Positions 36,867 through 47,066 of a DNA stretch of 64,000 nt are shown one piece after another. The position numbers were made by a program, and so were the translations under genes. Under the pieces are notes generated by a model. It was not told where the DNA came from. It saw only the letters and a program-made list of their open reading frames with translations, and searched no databases. Positions within the stretch are counted from its first letter, which is position 1; each line of letters starts with the position of its first letter. The stretch comes from Escherichia coli (GTDB taxonomy: Bacteria > Pseudomonadota > Gammaproteobacteria > Enterobacterales > Enterobacteriaceae): assembly GCF_003019035.1 (NCBI RefSeq), contig NZ_CP027447.1. One strand, written 5' to 3'.

Positions 36867-38179
36867 CAGCGGCCATTCAGCTGTATCCCTATCAGCAGTC
36901 GTGGTTTCTGGATCGTGCCCGTTTCAAGATTGGTATGTTTGCCCGTCAGACGGGCAAGACGTTCACCACCACGCTGGAACTGGTTGATGACTGTTTTGAA
37001 ACGGAGGCCTCAGGGGGACGTACACGCTGGGTGATCCTCTCGCGCGGGGAGCGTCAGGCAAAAGAAGCCATGGTGGAGGGGGTGAAAAAACACTGCAGCG
37101 CCTACCGGATGGCGGCCCGTGAGGTGGAAAGTTATTACCGTGCTGAAAGCGGCGAACGCTACACCATGCTTGAGGTGGAGTTACCCGGCGGCTCCCGTAT
37201 CACGGCCCTGCCGGCGAATCCCGACACGGCTCGTGGGTTTGCGGCTAACGTCTTTCTGGATGAGTTCGCCTTCCATGCCGACAGTCGCAAAATCTGGACC
37301 GCTCTGTTTCCGGTCATTTCCAACGGCTACAGACTGCGTGTGACATCGACACCGAACGGCAAGGGAAACAAGTTTTATGAACTGATGACCAGCAACGCCC
37401 TTGAAAATGTCTGGTCACGTCACATCGTGGATATTTACCGTGCCGTGCGTGATGGTCTGCCGCGGGATATTGCACAGATGCGACAGGCGCTCAACGATGA
37501 TGACGCCTGGGCACAGGAGTTTGAACTGAAGTGGCTGGATGAGGCATCGGCCTGGCTGACGTTTGAACTGATTGACGGCGTGGAGCACGATGCTGCCGGG
37601 CTGCCGGTGCACTATACGGGTGGCCCCTGCTTTGTGGGGGTGGATATTGCTGTTCGTAATGACCTGTTTGTCATCTGGGTGCTTGAACAGGTGGGGGATG
37701 TCTACTGGACCCGGGAAATCATCACCCGTAAACGGGCCACCTTTGCTGAGCAGGATGCTTTGCTGGATGACGTATTTTTCCGTTACCGCGTGCTGCGCTG
37801 CTGTATGGATCAGACCGGGATGGGAGAAAAGCCGGTGGAGGATGCACAGGGTCGCCATGGCAGAAGCCGTGTGGAGGGGGTGATATTTAACAGCCCGAAC
37901 AAGCTCACCCTCGCGACCCGTGGCAGGGAGATGTTTGAGGACCGCCGCCTGCGTATTCCGGCGGGAGATGTGGTCCTGCGCAGTGATCTGCATAAACTTC
38001 GCAAGGTTACCGGGCCTACCGGAACTCCCCGCTTTGTGGCCGAAAGTGATGCAGCAGGTCACGCCGACCGCACATGGGCCTGTTTTCTGGCAATAAACGC
38101 CACTGACGGACCGTCAGGGCCGGTGATGGCCCGTTCGCGTCACCGCCGTGAGGCTGGTCATATACTGGAGGGATTCTGA
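36863..38179 (+). CDS. Terminase large subunit (Mu gp28-like)
   Basis: 438 aa; Walker A-like FARQTGKTF; nuclease-like C-terminus. Confidence 0.8.
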   Translation: MTAAIQLYPYQQSWFLDRARFKIGMFARQTGKTFTTTLELVDDCFETEASGGRTRWVILSRGERQAKEAMVEGVKKHCSAYRMAAREVESYYRAESGERYTMLEVELPGGSRITALPANPDTARGFAANVFLDEFAFHADSRKIWTALFPVISNGYRLRVTSTPNGKGNKFYELMTSNALENVWSRHIVDIYRAVRDGLPRDIAQMRQALNDDDAWAQEFELKWLDEASAWLTFELIDGVEHDAAGLPVHYTGGPCFVGVDIAVRNDLFVIWVLEQVGDVYWTREIITRKRATFAEQDALLDDVFFRYRVLRCCMDQTGMGEKPVEDAQGRHGRSRVEGVIFNSPNKLTLATRGREMFEDRRLRIPAGDVVLRSDLHKLRKVTGPTGTPRFVAESDAAGHADRTWACFLAINATDGPSGPVMARSRHRREAGHILEGF

Positions 38180-39675
38180 TGGCGAGGGGTATCTGGGTTT
38201 CACCCGATGAATTTGTTGCTTTTTCTGAGCCTCAGAAATCACTGACCGCGCAGATTGCCTCCCGCAGCCGCGCGATCGACTTTTACGGACTGGGCATGTA
38301 TCTGCCCAATCCTGATCCCATTCTCAAGGCTCAGGGACGGGATATCCGTATCTACCGCGAACTGCGCACCGACCCGCTGGTCGGGGGCTGTATCCGCAGA
38401 CGTAAAGCAGCGCTCAAATCGCTGGAGCGTGGACTGGAGCGCGGTCACGCTTCTGCCCGGGTCTTCCGTTTCATCCGCGACATGCTCGACGATCTGGATC
38501 TGTCCCGCATCATCGGTGAGATGAGCGATGCCGTGCTCTACGGGTATCAGCCCTGTGAAATCATGTGGGGCCGTTCGGTCAGGGCGTGGGCGGTGACGGA
38601 TATTGTCGGCAAACCGCCTGAGTGGTTTCAGTTTGATACGGACAACTGCCTGCGCTTCCGGGCGCGTGATGCGGGTGTGGAGGGTGAGCTGCTGTCACCG
38701 TCAAAATTCGTGGTGCCGGCACAGGATGCCTCGTATGACAATCCTTACGGTTTCCCTGACCTGTCCATGTGCTTCTGGCCGGTCGCCTTCAAGAAAGGCG
38801 GGATGAAATTCTGGCTCCGCTTTGCCGAAAAGTTTGGCTCCCCATGGGTGATCGGTAAGCACCCGAGGGGTGCAAATGATGCAGAGATTGAAAAACTGCT
38901 GGACTCCATGGAGCAGATGGTGGAGGACGCGGTGGCCGCCATCCCTGATGACAGCAGCATCGAACTCAAAGCAGCGGATGGCAAGGCGGACAGCAGCGAG
39001 GTATTCCGCGAGCTGATCACACTGTCACGCAGTGAGATCTCCATTGCATTACTCGGTCAGAATCAGACCACGGAAGCGAACAGTAACAAGGCCTCTGCAC
39101 AGGCCGGGCTGGAGGTGACGGCTGATATCCGCGATGCGGATGCGGACATCATTCAGGCGGCAGTGAATCAGGTCATAAGAACGGTGGTCACCCTGAACTT
39201 CGGCGATGTGCCGTGTCCGGTCTGGGCCATGTGGGAACAGGAGGCCATTGATGACACCCGTGCCACCCGCGACGAAAAACTCACCCGGGCGGGTCTGCGT
39301 CTGACCCCGCAATACTTCAAGCGTGAGTACCAGCTGCAGGACGGCGATATTGACGAGACACCACCGTCAGAACGCGAGAAGAACATGCTGCCGCTGTCAT
39401 TTGCCGAGGCGATTGATGCCGATATTCAGGCTCAACAGCAGCTTGACGACGCGCTGGACATTCTGATGAACGGAGGTGTGTTAAATGGCACGCTGGAACC
39501 CGTCCTGGCACCTCTGTTTAAGCGGGTCGAAAACGGGGTTAACCCGTCTGAGCTGCTGGGCGAACTGGCGGAGCTCTACCCTCAGATGAACACGGACGAT
39601 CTGCAGGAACGGCTGGCCCGCATTCTCTTTGTGGCAAATATCCGGGGGCGTCTGCATGAGCGTGACAACGGCTGA
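38179..39675 (+). CDS. Portal protein (Mu gp29-like)
   Basis: 498 aa directly after the terminase; Mu-like head gene order. Confidence 0.75.
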   Translation: MARGIWVSPDEFVAFSEPQKSLTAQIASRSRAIDFYGLGMYLPNPDPILKAQGRDIRIYRELRTDPLVGGCIRRRKAALKSLERGLERGHASARVFRFIRDMLDDLDLSRIIGEMSDAVLYGYQPCEIMWGRSVRAWAVTDIVGKPPEWFQFDTDNCLRFRARDAGVEGELLSPSKFVVPAQDASYDNPYGFPDLSMCFWPVAFKKGGMKFWLRFAEKFGSPWVIGKHPRGANDAEIEKLLDSMEQMVEDAVAAIPDDSSIELKAADGKADSSEVFRELITLSRSEISIALLGQNQTTEANSNKASAQAGLEVTADIRDADADIIQAAVNQVIRTVVTLNFGDVPCPVWAMWEQEAIDDTRATRDEKLTRAGLRLTPQYFKREYQLQDGDIDETPPSEREKNMLPLSFAEAIDADIQAQQQLDDALDILMNGGVLNGTLEPVLAPLFKRVENGVNPSELLGELAELYPQMNTDDLQERLARILFVANIRGRLHERDNG

Positions 39676-40477
39676 ACTGGCGTACTGCATGACGCTTCCC
39701 CCGAAGCGGGCAGTCAGTTACCTGAAGTCCAAAGGGTATCAGATTACCTGGGACTGGGAAGAAATGTGGCAGGAAGCCCATGCCCGCGCCTTTACCGTCG
39801 CTAAAGTGACCCGCCTGGATATTCTGGAAGATATTCGCGGGGCACTGCAGCAGGCTGTCGATGAAGGAAAAACCGATCGCTGGTTCCGGCAGGAGCTGGA
39901 GCCGGTGCTGAAGCGTAAGGGATGGTGGGGACCACGTGACACGACTGACCCGGTAACGGGTGAGCCGGTCACCATTCAGCAGGGCAGCCCGTGGCGGCTC
40001 GACACCATCTTTCGCACCAATATGTCCGTACTCTACAGCGCCGGTCGTTGGGCGGAGCAGATGGAAAACGTCGACGACAGGCCGTACTGGATGTATACCG
40101 GCATCAACGACAGCCATACCCGCAGGAGCCATCTGGCGCTGCATGGTCTGGTGCTGCGCTGGGATGACCCGTTCTGGCAGGCATTTTACCCGCCGAACGG
40201 CTGGCGCTGCCGCTGTAGTGTGATTGCCCTGAGTGCGGCGGATGTACGTGCCCGGGGCCTGAAGGTTATCAGCTCCGGCTCTGCCATGGGCCAGGAACTG
40301 AAACTGGTCTCAGAGAAAACCGGCGAAATGCGGAACGTGGCCACCTTTAATACCGGCACCACGAAGGTGACCACCGACGTCGGCTGGTCTTATGCACCGG
40401 GGGCAGCATACCGTCCCGACCTGGCCCGCTATCAGGGTACGCTTCAGCCACTGGCACAACAGGAACTGAGAGGATAA
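39656..40477 (+). CDS. Head morphogenesis protein (Mu F-like)
   Basis: Follows the portal as in Mu; start at ATG for MSVTTAEL. Confidence 0.7.
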   Translation: MSVTTAELAYCMTLPPKRAVSYLKSKGYQITWDWEEMWQEAHARAFTVAKVTRLDILEDIRGALQQAVDEGKTDRWFRQELEPVLKRKGWWGPRDTTDPVTGEPVTIQQGSPWRLDTIFRTNMSVLYSAGRWAEQMENVDDRPYWMYTGINDSHTRRSHLALHGLVLRWDDPFWQAFYPPNGWRCRCSVIALSAADVRARGLKVISSGSAMGQELKLVSEKTGEMRNVATFNTGTTKVTTDVGWSYAPGAAYRPDLARYQGTLQPLAQQELRG

Positions 40478-40479
40478 CA

Positions 40480-40938
40480 ATGGCTTCCGATAACCTGGTC
40501 AGTATCACCATTAACGATAAATCCCTGCGCCGGAGCCTCCGTGCGCTGGATCTTGCTGCCACAGACCTGGAGCCCGCGATGCGCAAAATCGCCGGAACCC
40601 TGCTGGCGGAAACACAGTTTAACTTTCTTGATGAGGGGCGTCCGGGGTGGATGCCCTCGCTGGCAGCGGAAGAACGTGACGGGCAGACACTGCAGGATAC
40701 CGGGCGTCTGATGGGGTCAGTATCAACCGACCATGACGCCCGGCAGGCTGTTGTGGGGACCAACGTTGTTTACGGTGCCATTCACCAGTTCGGGGGTAAA
40801 ACGGGGCGTAATGAGTCTGTTGAACTTCCGGCCCGCCCGTTCCTGCCGGTGACGGGGGATGGAGAACTACAGCCTGAAGTGGTAATCCCCATCCTCGATA
40901 CCATTGTCCGCCATCTTGAATCAGCGGCCCGTCGCTGA
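40480..40938 (+). CDS. Virion morphogenesis protein (Mu G-like)
   Basis: 152 aa, position after F. Confidence 0.65.
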   Translation: MASDNLVSITINDKSLRRSLRALDLAATDLEPAMRKIAGTLLAETQFNFLDEGRPGWMPSLAAEERDGQTLQDTGRLMGSVSTDHDARQAVVGTNVVYGAIHQFGGKTGRNESVELPARPFLPVTGDGELQPEVVIPILDTIVRHLESAARR

Positions 40939-40980
40939 GTTTTCTCTCTTCAGGCGGGTGATTTATCATTGCCAGCGAAT

Positions 40981-41026
40981 GAGGGGCTGTATTACCTTTA
41001 TAAAGGCTTTACAGCCTCTGTTTTAT
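40981..41026 (+). terminator. Putative terminator between head-assembly and capsid operons
   Basis: Stem ggggctgta/tacagcctc followed by gttttat. Confidence 0.45.
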
Positions 41027-41152
41027 AACCGCTTCCGGTTCACCGCATTGCTTTCCCTGTCCTTCTCCCCTGATGTTTTCTAAAGCAGATTAAAATCGCC
41101 GGGCCTGCATTTCTCACAAACTGTCTCCGACAACATAACGCGGGACAGCAAA

Positions 41153-42268
41153 ATGTCAGCCATTCACATTTTTAAAGCCGGTACTCATACCGATATGCAC
41201 GGCAAAAAACTGCCGTTCACGCCAGACGATCTTGCCGCCTGCGTGAAAGCCTATGACCCGTCCGTCCATGAAGCACCACTCGTGATTGGTCATCCCAGAA
41301 CGGAAGACCCGGCGTGGGGCTGGGTGAAAGCCCTGTCGCTCAGCGGCGTCGATCTGATGGCAGAGCCTGCCCAGCTGGACCCGCAGTTTGCTGAGATGGT
41401 CACCGACGGACGATTCAAAAAAGTGTCCGCCTCTTTCTACCTCCCGGATTCACCGTCCAATCCGAAGCCCGGCGTGCTCTACCTGCGCCATGTGGGCTTT
41501 CTCGGGGCACAGCCACCTTCCGTCAAGGGGCTGAAACAGGTGTCCTTCAGTGAGCAGGAAGAAGGTGTGGTGGAGTTCGCCGACTGGCAGGCCATCACGA
41601 ATGCCTCCCTGTGGGGAAAGCTGCGCGATTTTCTGATCGCCCGCTTCAGTCTGGACGAGGCAGAAAAAGTCCTGCCGGAATGGCAGCTCAACAGTCTGCG
41701 CGAAGAGGCGTACCGCGACACACTGTCGCAGGATGCAGCAGGTGCCCAATTCAGTGAGACAGGCCCGGGGCCGTCTTCCGCAAGTAACGAGGAATCATCG
41801 ATGACAAAAGAAGAGATTGAAGCCCTTCAGGAGGAGAACCGCCGCCTGAAGCAGCAGGCTGCTGATCGCGATGCGCGTGATGCACAGGTCAGACAGGAGC
41901 AACTGCATAAGGACAATGTGGCCTTTGCAGAAAAACTGGTCGCAGAGGGCCGTCTGGCTCCCCGCGCCTCCTCCGTGGTGGTTGCCCTGCTGGATGCCGT
42001 CGCCGGTGGCGACAAGCCGGTGGAGTTTGCTGAGGGGGAAAGCCGCACACCGCTGGCCACCGCCTTTCGTTCATTGCTCTCCGACGGGGAGCCGGTGATG
42101 AATTTCGCCGAACAGGCCACAAAAGAGCGTGTCGGCGACACGGTGAAGGTGGATGTGGCGGAGTTTGCGGAAGCCGATCCTGAGCGTCTGGCCCTGCATC
42201 AGAAAGCAGTGGCCCTGTCCAAAAAAGAAGGCATCAGCTATGAGGCTGCTGTCGCACGCTGCCTGTAA
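41153..42268 (+). CDS. Putative head protease/scaffold (Mu I-like)
   Basis: 371 aa with coiled-coil C-terminal half, immediately before the major capsid gene. Confidence 0.55.
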   Translation: MSAIHIFKAGTHTDMHGKKLPFTPDDLAACVKAYDPSVHEAPLVIGHPRTEDPAWGWVKALSLSGVDLMAEPAQLDPQFAEMVTDGRFKKVSASFYLPDSPSNPKPGVLYLRHVGFLGAQPPSVKGLKQVSFSEQEEGVVEFADWQAITNASLWGKLRDFLIARFSLDEAEKVLPEWQLNSLREEAYRDTLSQDAAGAQFSETGPGPSSASNEESSMTKEEIEALQEENRRLKQQAADRDARDAQVRQEQLHKDNVAFAEKLVAEGRLAPRASSVVVALLDAVAGGDKPVEFAEGESRTPLATAFRSLLSDGEPVMNFAEQATKERVGDTVKVDVAEFAEADPERLALHQKAVALSKKEGISYEAAVARCL

Positions 42269-42282
42269 TTTAAGGAGAAATC

Positions 42283-43236
42283 ATGTCTGATTACTTAAAA
42301 GGTAAACGTGTCGTTGATCCGGTACTGACCAGTATCGCCCGTGGCTATAAAAATGCCGCATTCATCGGCGAACGTATTTTCCCCGTCGTGCTGACGGACA
42401 AGGAAGGCGTGCGTGTACCGACCTTCGGGAAAACCGCCTTTGTGGAATATGACACCGAGCGCGCCGTCGGGGCGGACAGCAATGTTCTGGTCCGTGAGAA
42501 AACCGGCACGCTTGATCTGGTGCTGGGTGAACACGATCTGGCAGCGCCGGTGGATTACCGCGAACAGGCGGAGTCCATGTTTAACGAGGAGAGCAAGGCC
42601 ATCCGTCGCGCCACGAATGGCGTGAACCTGCGCCGTGAACTTATCGCTGCCCGTCTGGCTCAGGATGAAAAGGTCTACCGTACCGGACACGTCAAAAAAC
42701 TGACGTCCGGCGACCGCTGGGCCGGTGGTAAGGGTGACCCCATCGGGGTGATTGAAGCCGGTATGGAAGCGGTCCGTACGGCCACAGGGCTGCGTCCTAA
42801 CCTGATGACCATGGGTGCCGGCGTGATGGCGCTGCTGAAGTTCCATCCAGCACTTCAGGCAGCCATCGGAGCCAACGAGCGTAAGCGCATCACCACGGAG
42901 ATCCTGCAGGACCTCTTTCAGATCGAAGAGATCGTCATCGGTGCTCCTGTTTCCCTGCCATCCATGAAAGCGGCAATGGATAAAAACAGCGTGCCGGCGG
43001 ATATCTGGGGAGACAACCTGATGCTGCACTATGTCGGCAAACCGCAGCCCGGGGCGGACAGCGCGGACGAGAACGAGCCGTCCTTCGGCTACACTCTGCG
43101 TCGTAAGGGGATGCCTGTTGCTGACAAATACGACGGAGCCGGTGGCAAGGTGAAGTACTGCCGTTATACCGATATCTACAAAGTCGCCGTGGTTGGTGGC
43201 GATGCCGGGTATCTCATCACCGGTATCAGTAAATAA
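42283..43236 (+). CDS. Major capsid protein (Mu T-like)
   Basis: 317 aa; strong AAGGAGA RBS; position after protease/scaffold. Confidence 0.7.
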   Translation: MSDYLKGKRVVDPVLTSIARGYKNAAFIGERIFPVVLTDKEGVRVPTFGKTAFVEYDTERAVGADSNVLVREKTGTLDLVLGEHDLAAPVDYREQAESMFNEESKAIRRATNGVNLRRELIAARLAQDEKVYRTGHVKKLTSGDRWAGGKGDPIGVIEAGMEAVRTATGLRPNLMTMGAGVMALLKFHPALQAAIGANERKRITTEILQDLFQIEEIVIGAPVSLPSMKAAMDKNSVPADIWGDNLMLHYVGKPQPGADSADENEPSFGYTLRRKGMPVADKYDGAGGKVKYCRYTDIYKVAVVGGDAGYLITGISK

Positions 43237-43245
43237 GGAGGCGTT

Positions 43246-43584
43246 ATGGGAACCACTCAGCAGGTCATTCTGATTACAACCGTAACGGCAGGGGCAGAAC
43301 TGGCACAGCAGCGTTTTGTCGGGGCAGATAATACCCCCTGTAAAGCCGGTGCCGCAGCGCTCGGGGTTGCCGATGTGGATGCTGTTACCGGCGACAGCAC
43401 GCCGGTGAGCGTTCTGGGCATTATTGCTGTTGAGGCCGGTGCTGCGGTCAGCCGTGGTGTGGCTGTTCAGTCAGATGCTCAGGCCAGAGCCGTGCCGCAG
43501 TCCGGCGACGGTAAATCCTGTGGTATTGCACTTGATGAAGCCGGGGGTGAAGGCGACGTCATTCGTATCCTGCGCGGGGTGTGA
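43246..43584 (+). CDS. Small Ala/Gly-rich head protein (possible decoration protein)
   Basis: 112 aa following the capsid gene. Confidence 0.45.
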   Translation: MGTTQQVILITTVTAGAELAQQRFVGADNTPCKAGAAALGVADVDAVTGDSTPVSVLGIIAVEAGAAVSRGVAVQSDAQARAVPQSGDGKSCGIALDEAGGEGDVIRILRGV

Positions 43585-43585
43585 C

Positions 43586-44032
43586 ATGTACTGCACCCTG
43601 GAGGATTTGCTTGCGCAGGTGCCGGAACGAACGCTGATCGAGCTCACCAGTGAAGAGATGGACTTCGACTCGCCTGCAACAGTGAATACCCGTGTGGTGG
43701 ACAGCTGTATCCGCTATGCCGACGAGCTGATTGATGCCCATCTGCGCGGACGCTATATCCTGCCACTGGCAGAGATACCGACTGTTCTGCGGGACATTGC
43801 CATCACGCTGGTCCGTTACCGGCTCTACGCCCGCCGCCCGGAAGGTGACCTCCCGGATACGGTGAAGGATGACCACAAAGAAGCGCTGCGGCAACTCAGG
43901 GAGTTACGTGATAACAGGCTCACGCTGGGGCTGCCGTCCACTCAGAAAGATGTGCCTGAGCCTGGCGAGTTTCGTGTACGCAGCCGCCTGGCCACTTTCG
44001 GCGGTCGTGACGGTTTACTGGAGAAATACTGA
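43586..44032 (+). CDS. Head-tail joining protein (Mu gp36-like)
   Basis: Start at MYCTLEDLL; position. Confidence 0.5.
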   Translation: MYCTLEDLLAQVPERTLIELTSEEMDFDSPATVNTRVVDSCIRYADELIDAHLRGRYILPLAEIPTVLRDIAITLVRYRLYARRPEGDLPDTVKDDHKEALRQLRELRDNRLTLGLPSTQKDVPEPGEFRVRSRLATFGGRDGLLEKY

Positions 44033-44496
44033 TGAACGTTCTGCCCGTCCTTGATGCGGTACTGGCCCGGTTACGCGAGAAGCTGCCGCAACTGCAGGTG
44101 GAGTACTTCCCGGAGAAACCGGCTGAATATCGCCTGAACCATCCGGTTGGCGCGTTGCTGCTGAGCTATGCCGGTTCGCGCTTTGACAGGCCGGATGATA
44201 CCGGTGCGGTGATCCAGTCTCAGACTATCCAGCTCTACGTCACGGTGGTCTTCCGCCAGCTCAACGGTAAAAAAGGGGCGATTAATGTCCTGGATGCTGT
44301 CCGCCGCATTCTCGGCGGCCACACCCCGCCCGGCTGCCGCCGCCGTATCTGGCTGACCCGCGAGGTGTTCATCGGTGAAGTCAGGGGGCTGTGGCAATAC
44401 GCCCTCGACTTCGCGACTGAAAGCGTCTTTATCGAAGACAGCGATTTACCGTCCGGCCCGCTGTTAACCGAAGTGAACTATGAGGAAAGCGAGTGA
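44032..44496 (+). CDS. Head-tail completion protein (Mu gp37-like)
   Basis: 154 aa; position. Confidence 0.45.
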   Translation: MNVLPVLDAVLARLREKLPQLQVEYFPEKPAEYRLNHPVGALLLSYAGSRFDRPDDTGAVIQSQTIQLYVTVVFRQLNGKKGAINVLDAVRRILGGHTPPGCRRRIWLTREVFIGEVRGLWQYALDFATESVFIEDSDLPSGPLLTEVNYEESE

Positions 44497-44747
44497 TGAA
44501 AGAATACCGCTATTCCGGCCCGGCCAGCGGCGTCACGCTGTGGGACGGAACCGAAATCCTGCTCTGGCCGGGGAAGACGGTTTCCCTGCCGGAGGAGCAT
44601 GACTACGTGAAGGTACTGGTGGCGCTGAAGCATCTGACGCCGGTACCAGAAGATACTAAACCCGCCGTCACACCGGCAGTGCAGTCACCAAAGCGCAGAA
44701 GCAGCAGTGACAGCGAAGTGAAAACGGAGGACTCCCATGGCAGCTAA
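44493..44747 (+). CDS. Hypothetical small protein (84 aa)
   Basis: ORF overlapping both neighbours. Confidence 0.45.
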   Translation: MMKEYRYSGPASGVTLWDGTEILLWPGKTVSLPEEHDYVKVLVALKHLTPVPEDTKPAVTPAVQSPKRRSSSDSEVKTEDSHGS

Positions 44748-46164
44748 CTATCTGCATGGCGTCGAAACCATTGAGGTGGAAAACGGAGCCCGCCCGGTTA
44801 AAACGGTGAAATCTGCCGTTATTGGCCTGATTGGTACCGCCCCGATGGGGGATGTCAATACGCTGGTACAGTGCCTGTCTGAGAAAGACGCTGCGGCATT
44901 TGGCAGCCAGTTCACCGGCTTTACCATTCCGCAGGCGCTGGATGCGATTTATGACCATGGTGCAGGCACCGTTCTGGTCATTAACGTACTCGATCCGTCT
45001 GTGCATAAAACCGCTGTGGTCAGTGAGAATGTGTCGTTCGACAAGGCGACAGGCAGAGCCCGGCTGGCTAATCCGGTGGTCGCGCAGCTGGTACTGAAAC
45101 CGGACAGCGACGGTCAGCCTTATGTTGAAGGTCAGGACTACTCGCTTGATGCACAGACCGGGGTGATTACTAACCTGGGTAAAAGCATTGCTGCAGATGC
45201 AACGGTGAAGGCCAGCTATAACTATGCTGATCCGACCAAAGTCACCCCGGCTGATATCATCGGTACCGTTAACGCTGCAGGCAACCGTACCGGCATGAAG
45301 CTGCTTAACGACAGTTTTAACCTGTTTGGCTACTTCGCCAAAATCCTGATTGCTCCGGTATTCTGCACCCAGAATAGCGTCTCGGTTGAGCTTATCGCCA
45401 TGGCTGAGAAACTGGGAGCAGTAACCTATATTGATGCGCCGGTTGGTACCACTTTTGCGCAGGCTCTGGCGGGACGTGGCCCGGAAGGCACCATTAACTT
45501 TAATACCAGCTCTGACCGTGTCCGCCTGTGCTACCCGCATGTGAAGGTATATGACCCGGTGACGAACACGGAGCGTCTGGAGCCACTGAGCCAGCGTGCG
45601 GCGGGCCTGCGTGCCAAAGTCGACCTGGACAAAGGGTACTGGTGGTCATCCTCCAATCAGGAAATTCTGGGGATCACCGGCGTGGAGCGCCAGCTGTCGG
45701 CAATGATTGACGATCCGCAGAGCGAGGTGAACCTGCTTAACGAACAGGGGATCACCACGGTATTCAGCAGTTACGGCAGCGGCCTTCGTCTGTGGGGTAA
45801 CCGGACGGCAGCATGGCCAACGGTCACCCATATGCGTAACTTTGAGAACGTTCGCCGCACCGGTGATGTGATCAACGAGTCCATTCGTTACTTCAGCCAG
45901 CAGTACATCGACATGCCGATTACTCAGGCGCTGATTGATGCACTGACGGAGTCGGTCAACGCCTACGGTCGCAAAATGACTGGTGATGGTGCGGTACTGG
46001 GCTTCCGTTGCTGGTTTGATCCGGCCCGCAATCCGGAGACGGAGCTGGCCGCCGGGCACCTGTTGCTGAGCTACAAATATACGCCACCACCGCCGCTGGA
46101 GCGACTGACGTTTGAGACTGAAATCACCTCGGAATACCTGTTAACCCTGAAAGGGGGCAACTGA
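44737..46164 (+). CDS. Contractile tail sheath protein
   Basis: 475 aa directly upstream of the tube gene. Confidence 0.8.
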   Translation: MAANYLHGVETIEVENGARPVKTVKSAVIGLIGTAPMGDVNTLVQCLSEKDAAAFGSQFTGFTIPQALDAIYDHGAGTVLVINVLDPSVHKTAVVSENVSFDKATGRARLANPVVAQLVLKPDSDGQPYVEGQDYSLDAQTGVITNLGKSIAADATVKASYNYADPTKVTPADIIGTVNAAGNRTGMKLLNDSFNLFGYFAKILIAPVFCTQNSVSVELIAMAEKLGAVTYIDAPVGTTFAQALAGRGPEGTINFNTSSDRVRLCYPHVKVYDPVTNTERLEPLSQRAAGLRAKVDLDKGYWWSSSNQEILGITGVERQLSAMIDDPQSEVNLLNEQGITTVFSSYGSGLRLWGNRTAAWPTVTHMRNFENVRRTGDVINESIRYFSQQYIDMPITQALIDALTESVNAYGRKMTGDGAVLGFRCWFDPARNPETELAAGHLLLSYKYTPPPPLERLTFETEITSEYLLTLKGGN

Positions 46165-46685
46165 TGTCAAAGATTGAGATAAACCGAATCACGAATGCCA
46201 ACATCTATCTGGATGGTACTAACCTGCTGGGACGGGCTGAGGAAGTTAAACTCCCCGATGTCTCCATGATTATGCAGGAGCACAAGGCACTGGGGATGGT
46301 GGGTAAGGTGGAACTCCCGGCTGGTTTTGACAAACTGGAAGGCGAAATCAAATGGAACAGCTTTTACCGCGATGCGATGTTGTCTGCCGCGAACCCGTAC
46401 AGGTCGCTGGCGCTGCAGTGTCGCTCCAGCGTCCAGCGCTACAGCTCGCAGGGGCTGATCGACGAAATCCCGCTGGTCACCTTCCTGACAATTATGTTCA
46501 AGAAGAACCCGCTGGGGACGTTCAAACAGCACGAGAACGCCGAGTTCTCCAGTAGCTTCACCTGCACGTATATCAGACAGGTACTGGATGGTGAAGAGTT
46601 GCTGCAACTGGACTATCTGGCCAACATCTTCCGCGTCGGTGGCGTTGATCAACTGACTGACTATCGAATCAATATCGGGGGCTGA
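46164..46685 (+). CDS. Tail tube protein
   Basis: 173 aa following the sheath. Confidence 0.8.
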   Translation: MSKIEINRITNANIYLDGTNLLGRAEEVKLPDVSMIMQEHKALGMVGKVELPAGFDKLEGEIKWNSFYRDAMLSAANPYRSLALQCRSSVQRYSSQGLIDEIPLVTFLTIMFKKNPLGTFKQHENAEFSSSFTCTYIRQVLDGEELLQLDYLANIFRVGGVDQLTDYRINIGG

Positions 46686-46687
46686 CG

Positions 46688-46969
46688 GTGAGTGTTGAAC
46701 TGACTGACAAAGGAGGGCGATGTGCGTCACTGGGCATGTCAAATGGTACGTGGTTTACCCTCCTTGATATTCCGGGGGTGGAGACCCTCTTTAATACCCG
46801 TAAAACCAATGACCCGATTGACTGCACACGTTCAAAGGCCCGCAAACTGGCCGATTTGATTGAAGCATGGGAGCCGCCCGACCAGTGGTTCTCCGGCACC
46901 GGCAACTCTGAGGGAAAGGCGCTTCTCATCGCTTTCCTGCGTAACTGCAAGGGTTTTCGCACTTGCTGA
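46688..46969 (+). CDS. Hypothetical small protein (93 aa) followed by a terminator
   Basis: GTG-start ORF between tube and chaperone genes. Confidence 0.4.
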   Translation: MSVELTDKGGRCASLGMSNGTWFTLLDIPGVETLFNTRKTNDPIDCTRSKARKLADLIEAWEPPDQWFSGTGNSEGKALLIAFLRNCKGFRTC

Positions 46970-46976
46970 CATCACA

Positions 46977-47001
46977 GGGGCTCCGGCCCCTTCTTTTTAA
47001 T
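46977..47001 (+). terminator. Rho-independent terminator inside the tail operon
   Basis: GGGGC-TCCG-GCCCC hairpin followed by TTCTTTTTAAT. Confidence 0.65.
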
Positions 47002-47066
47002 CCCCTTTAATATCCGTCACGTCCACCGCCAGACATACTGCTCTGAATTTACAAAGGAGTATGATC

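Noticed and set aside
42295-43029. 244 aa minus-strand ORF
   Set aside because: Antisense to the major capsid gene; no RBS and against operon orientation.
44668-45540. 290 aa minus-strand ORF
   Set aside because: Antisense to the tail sheath gene; shadow ORF.
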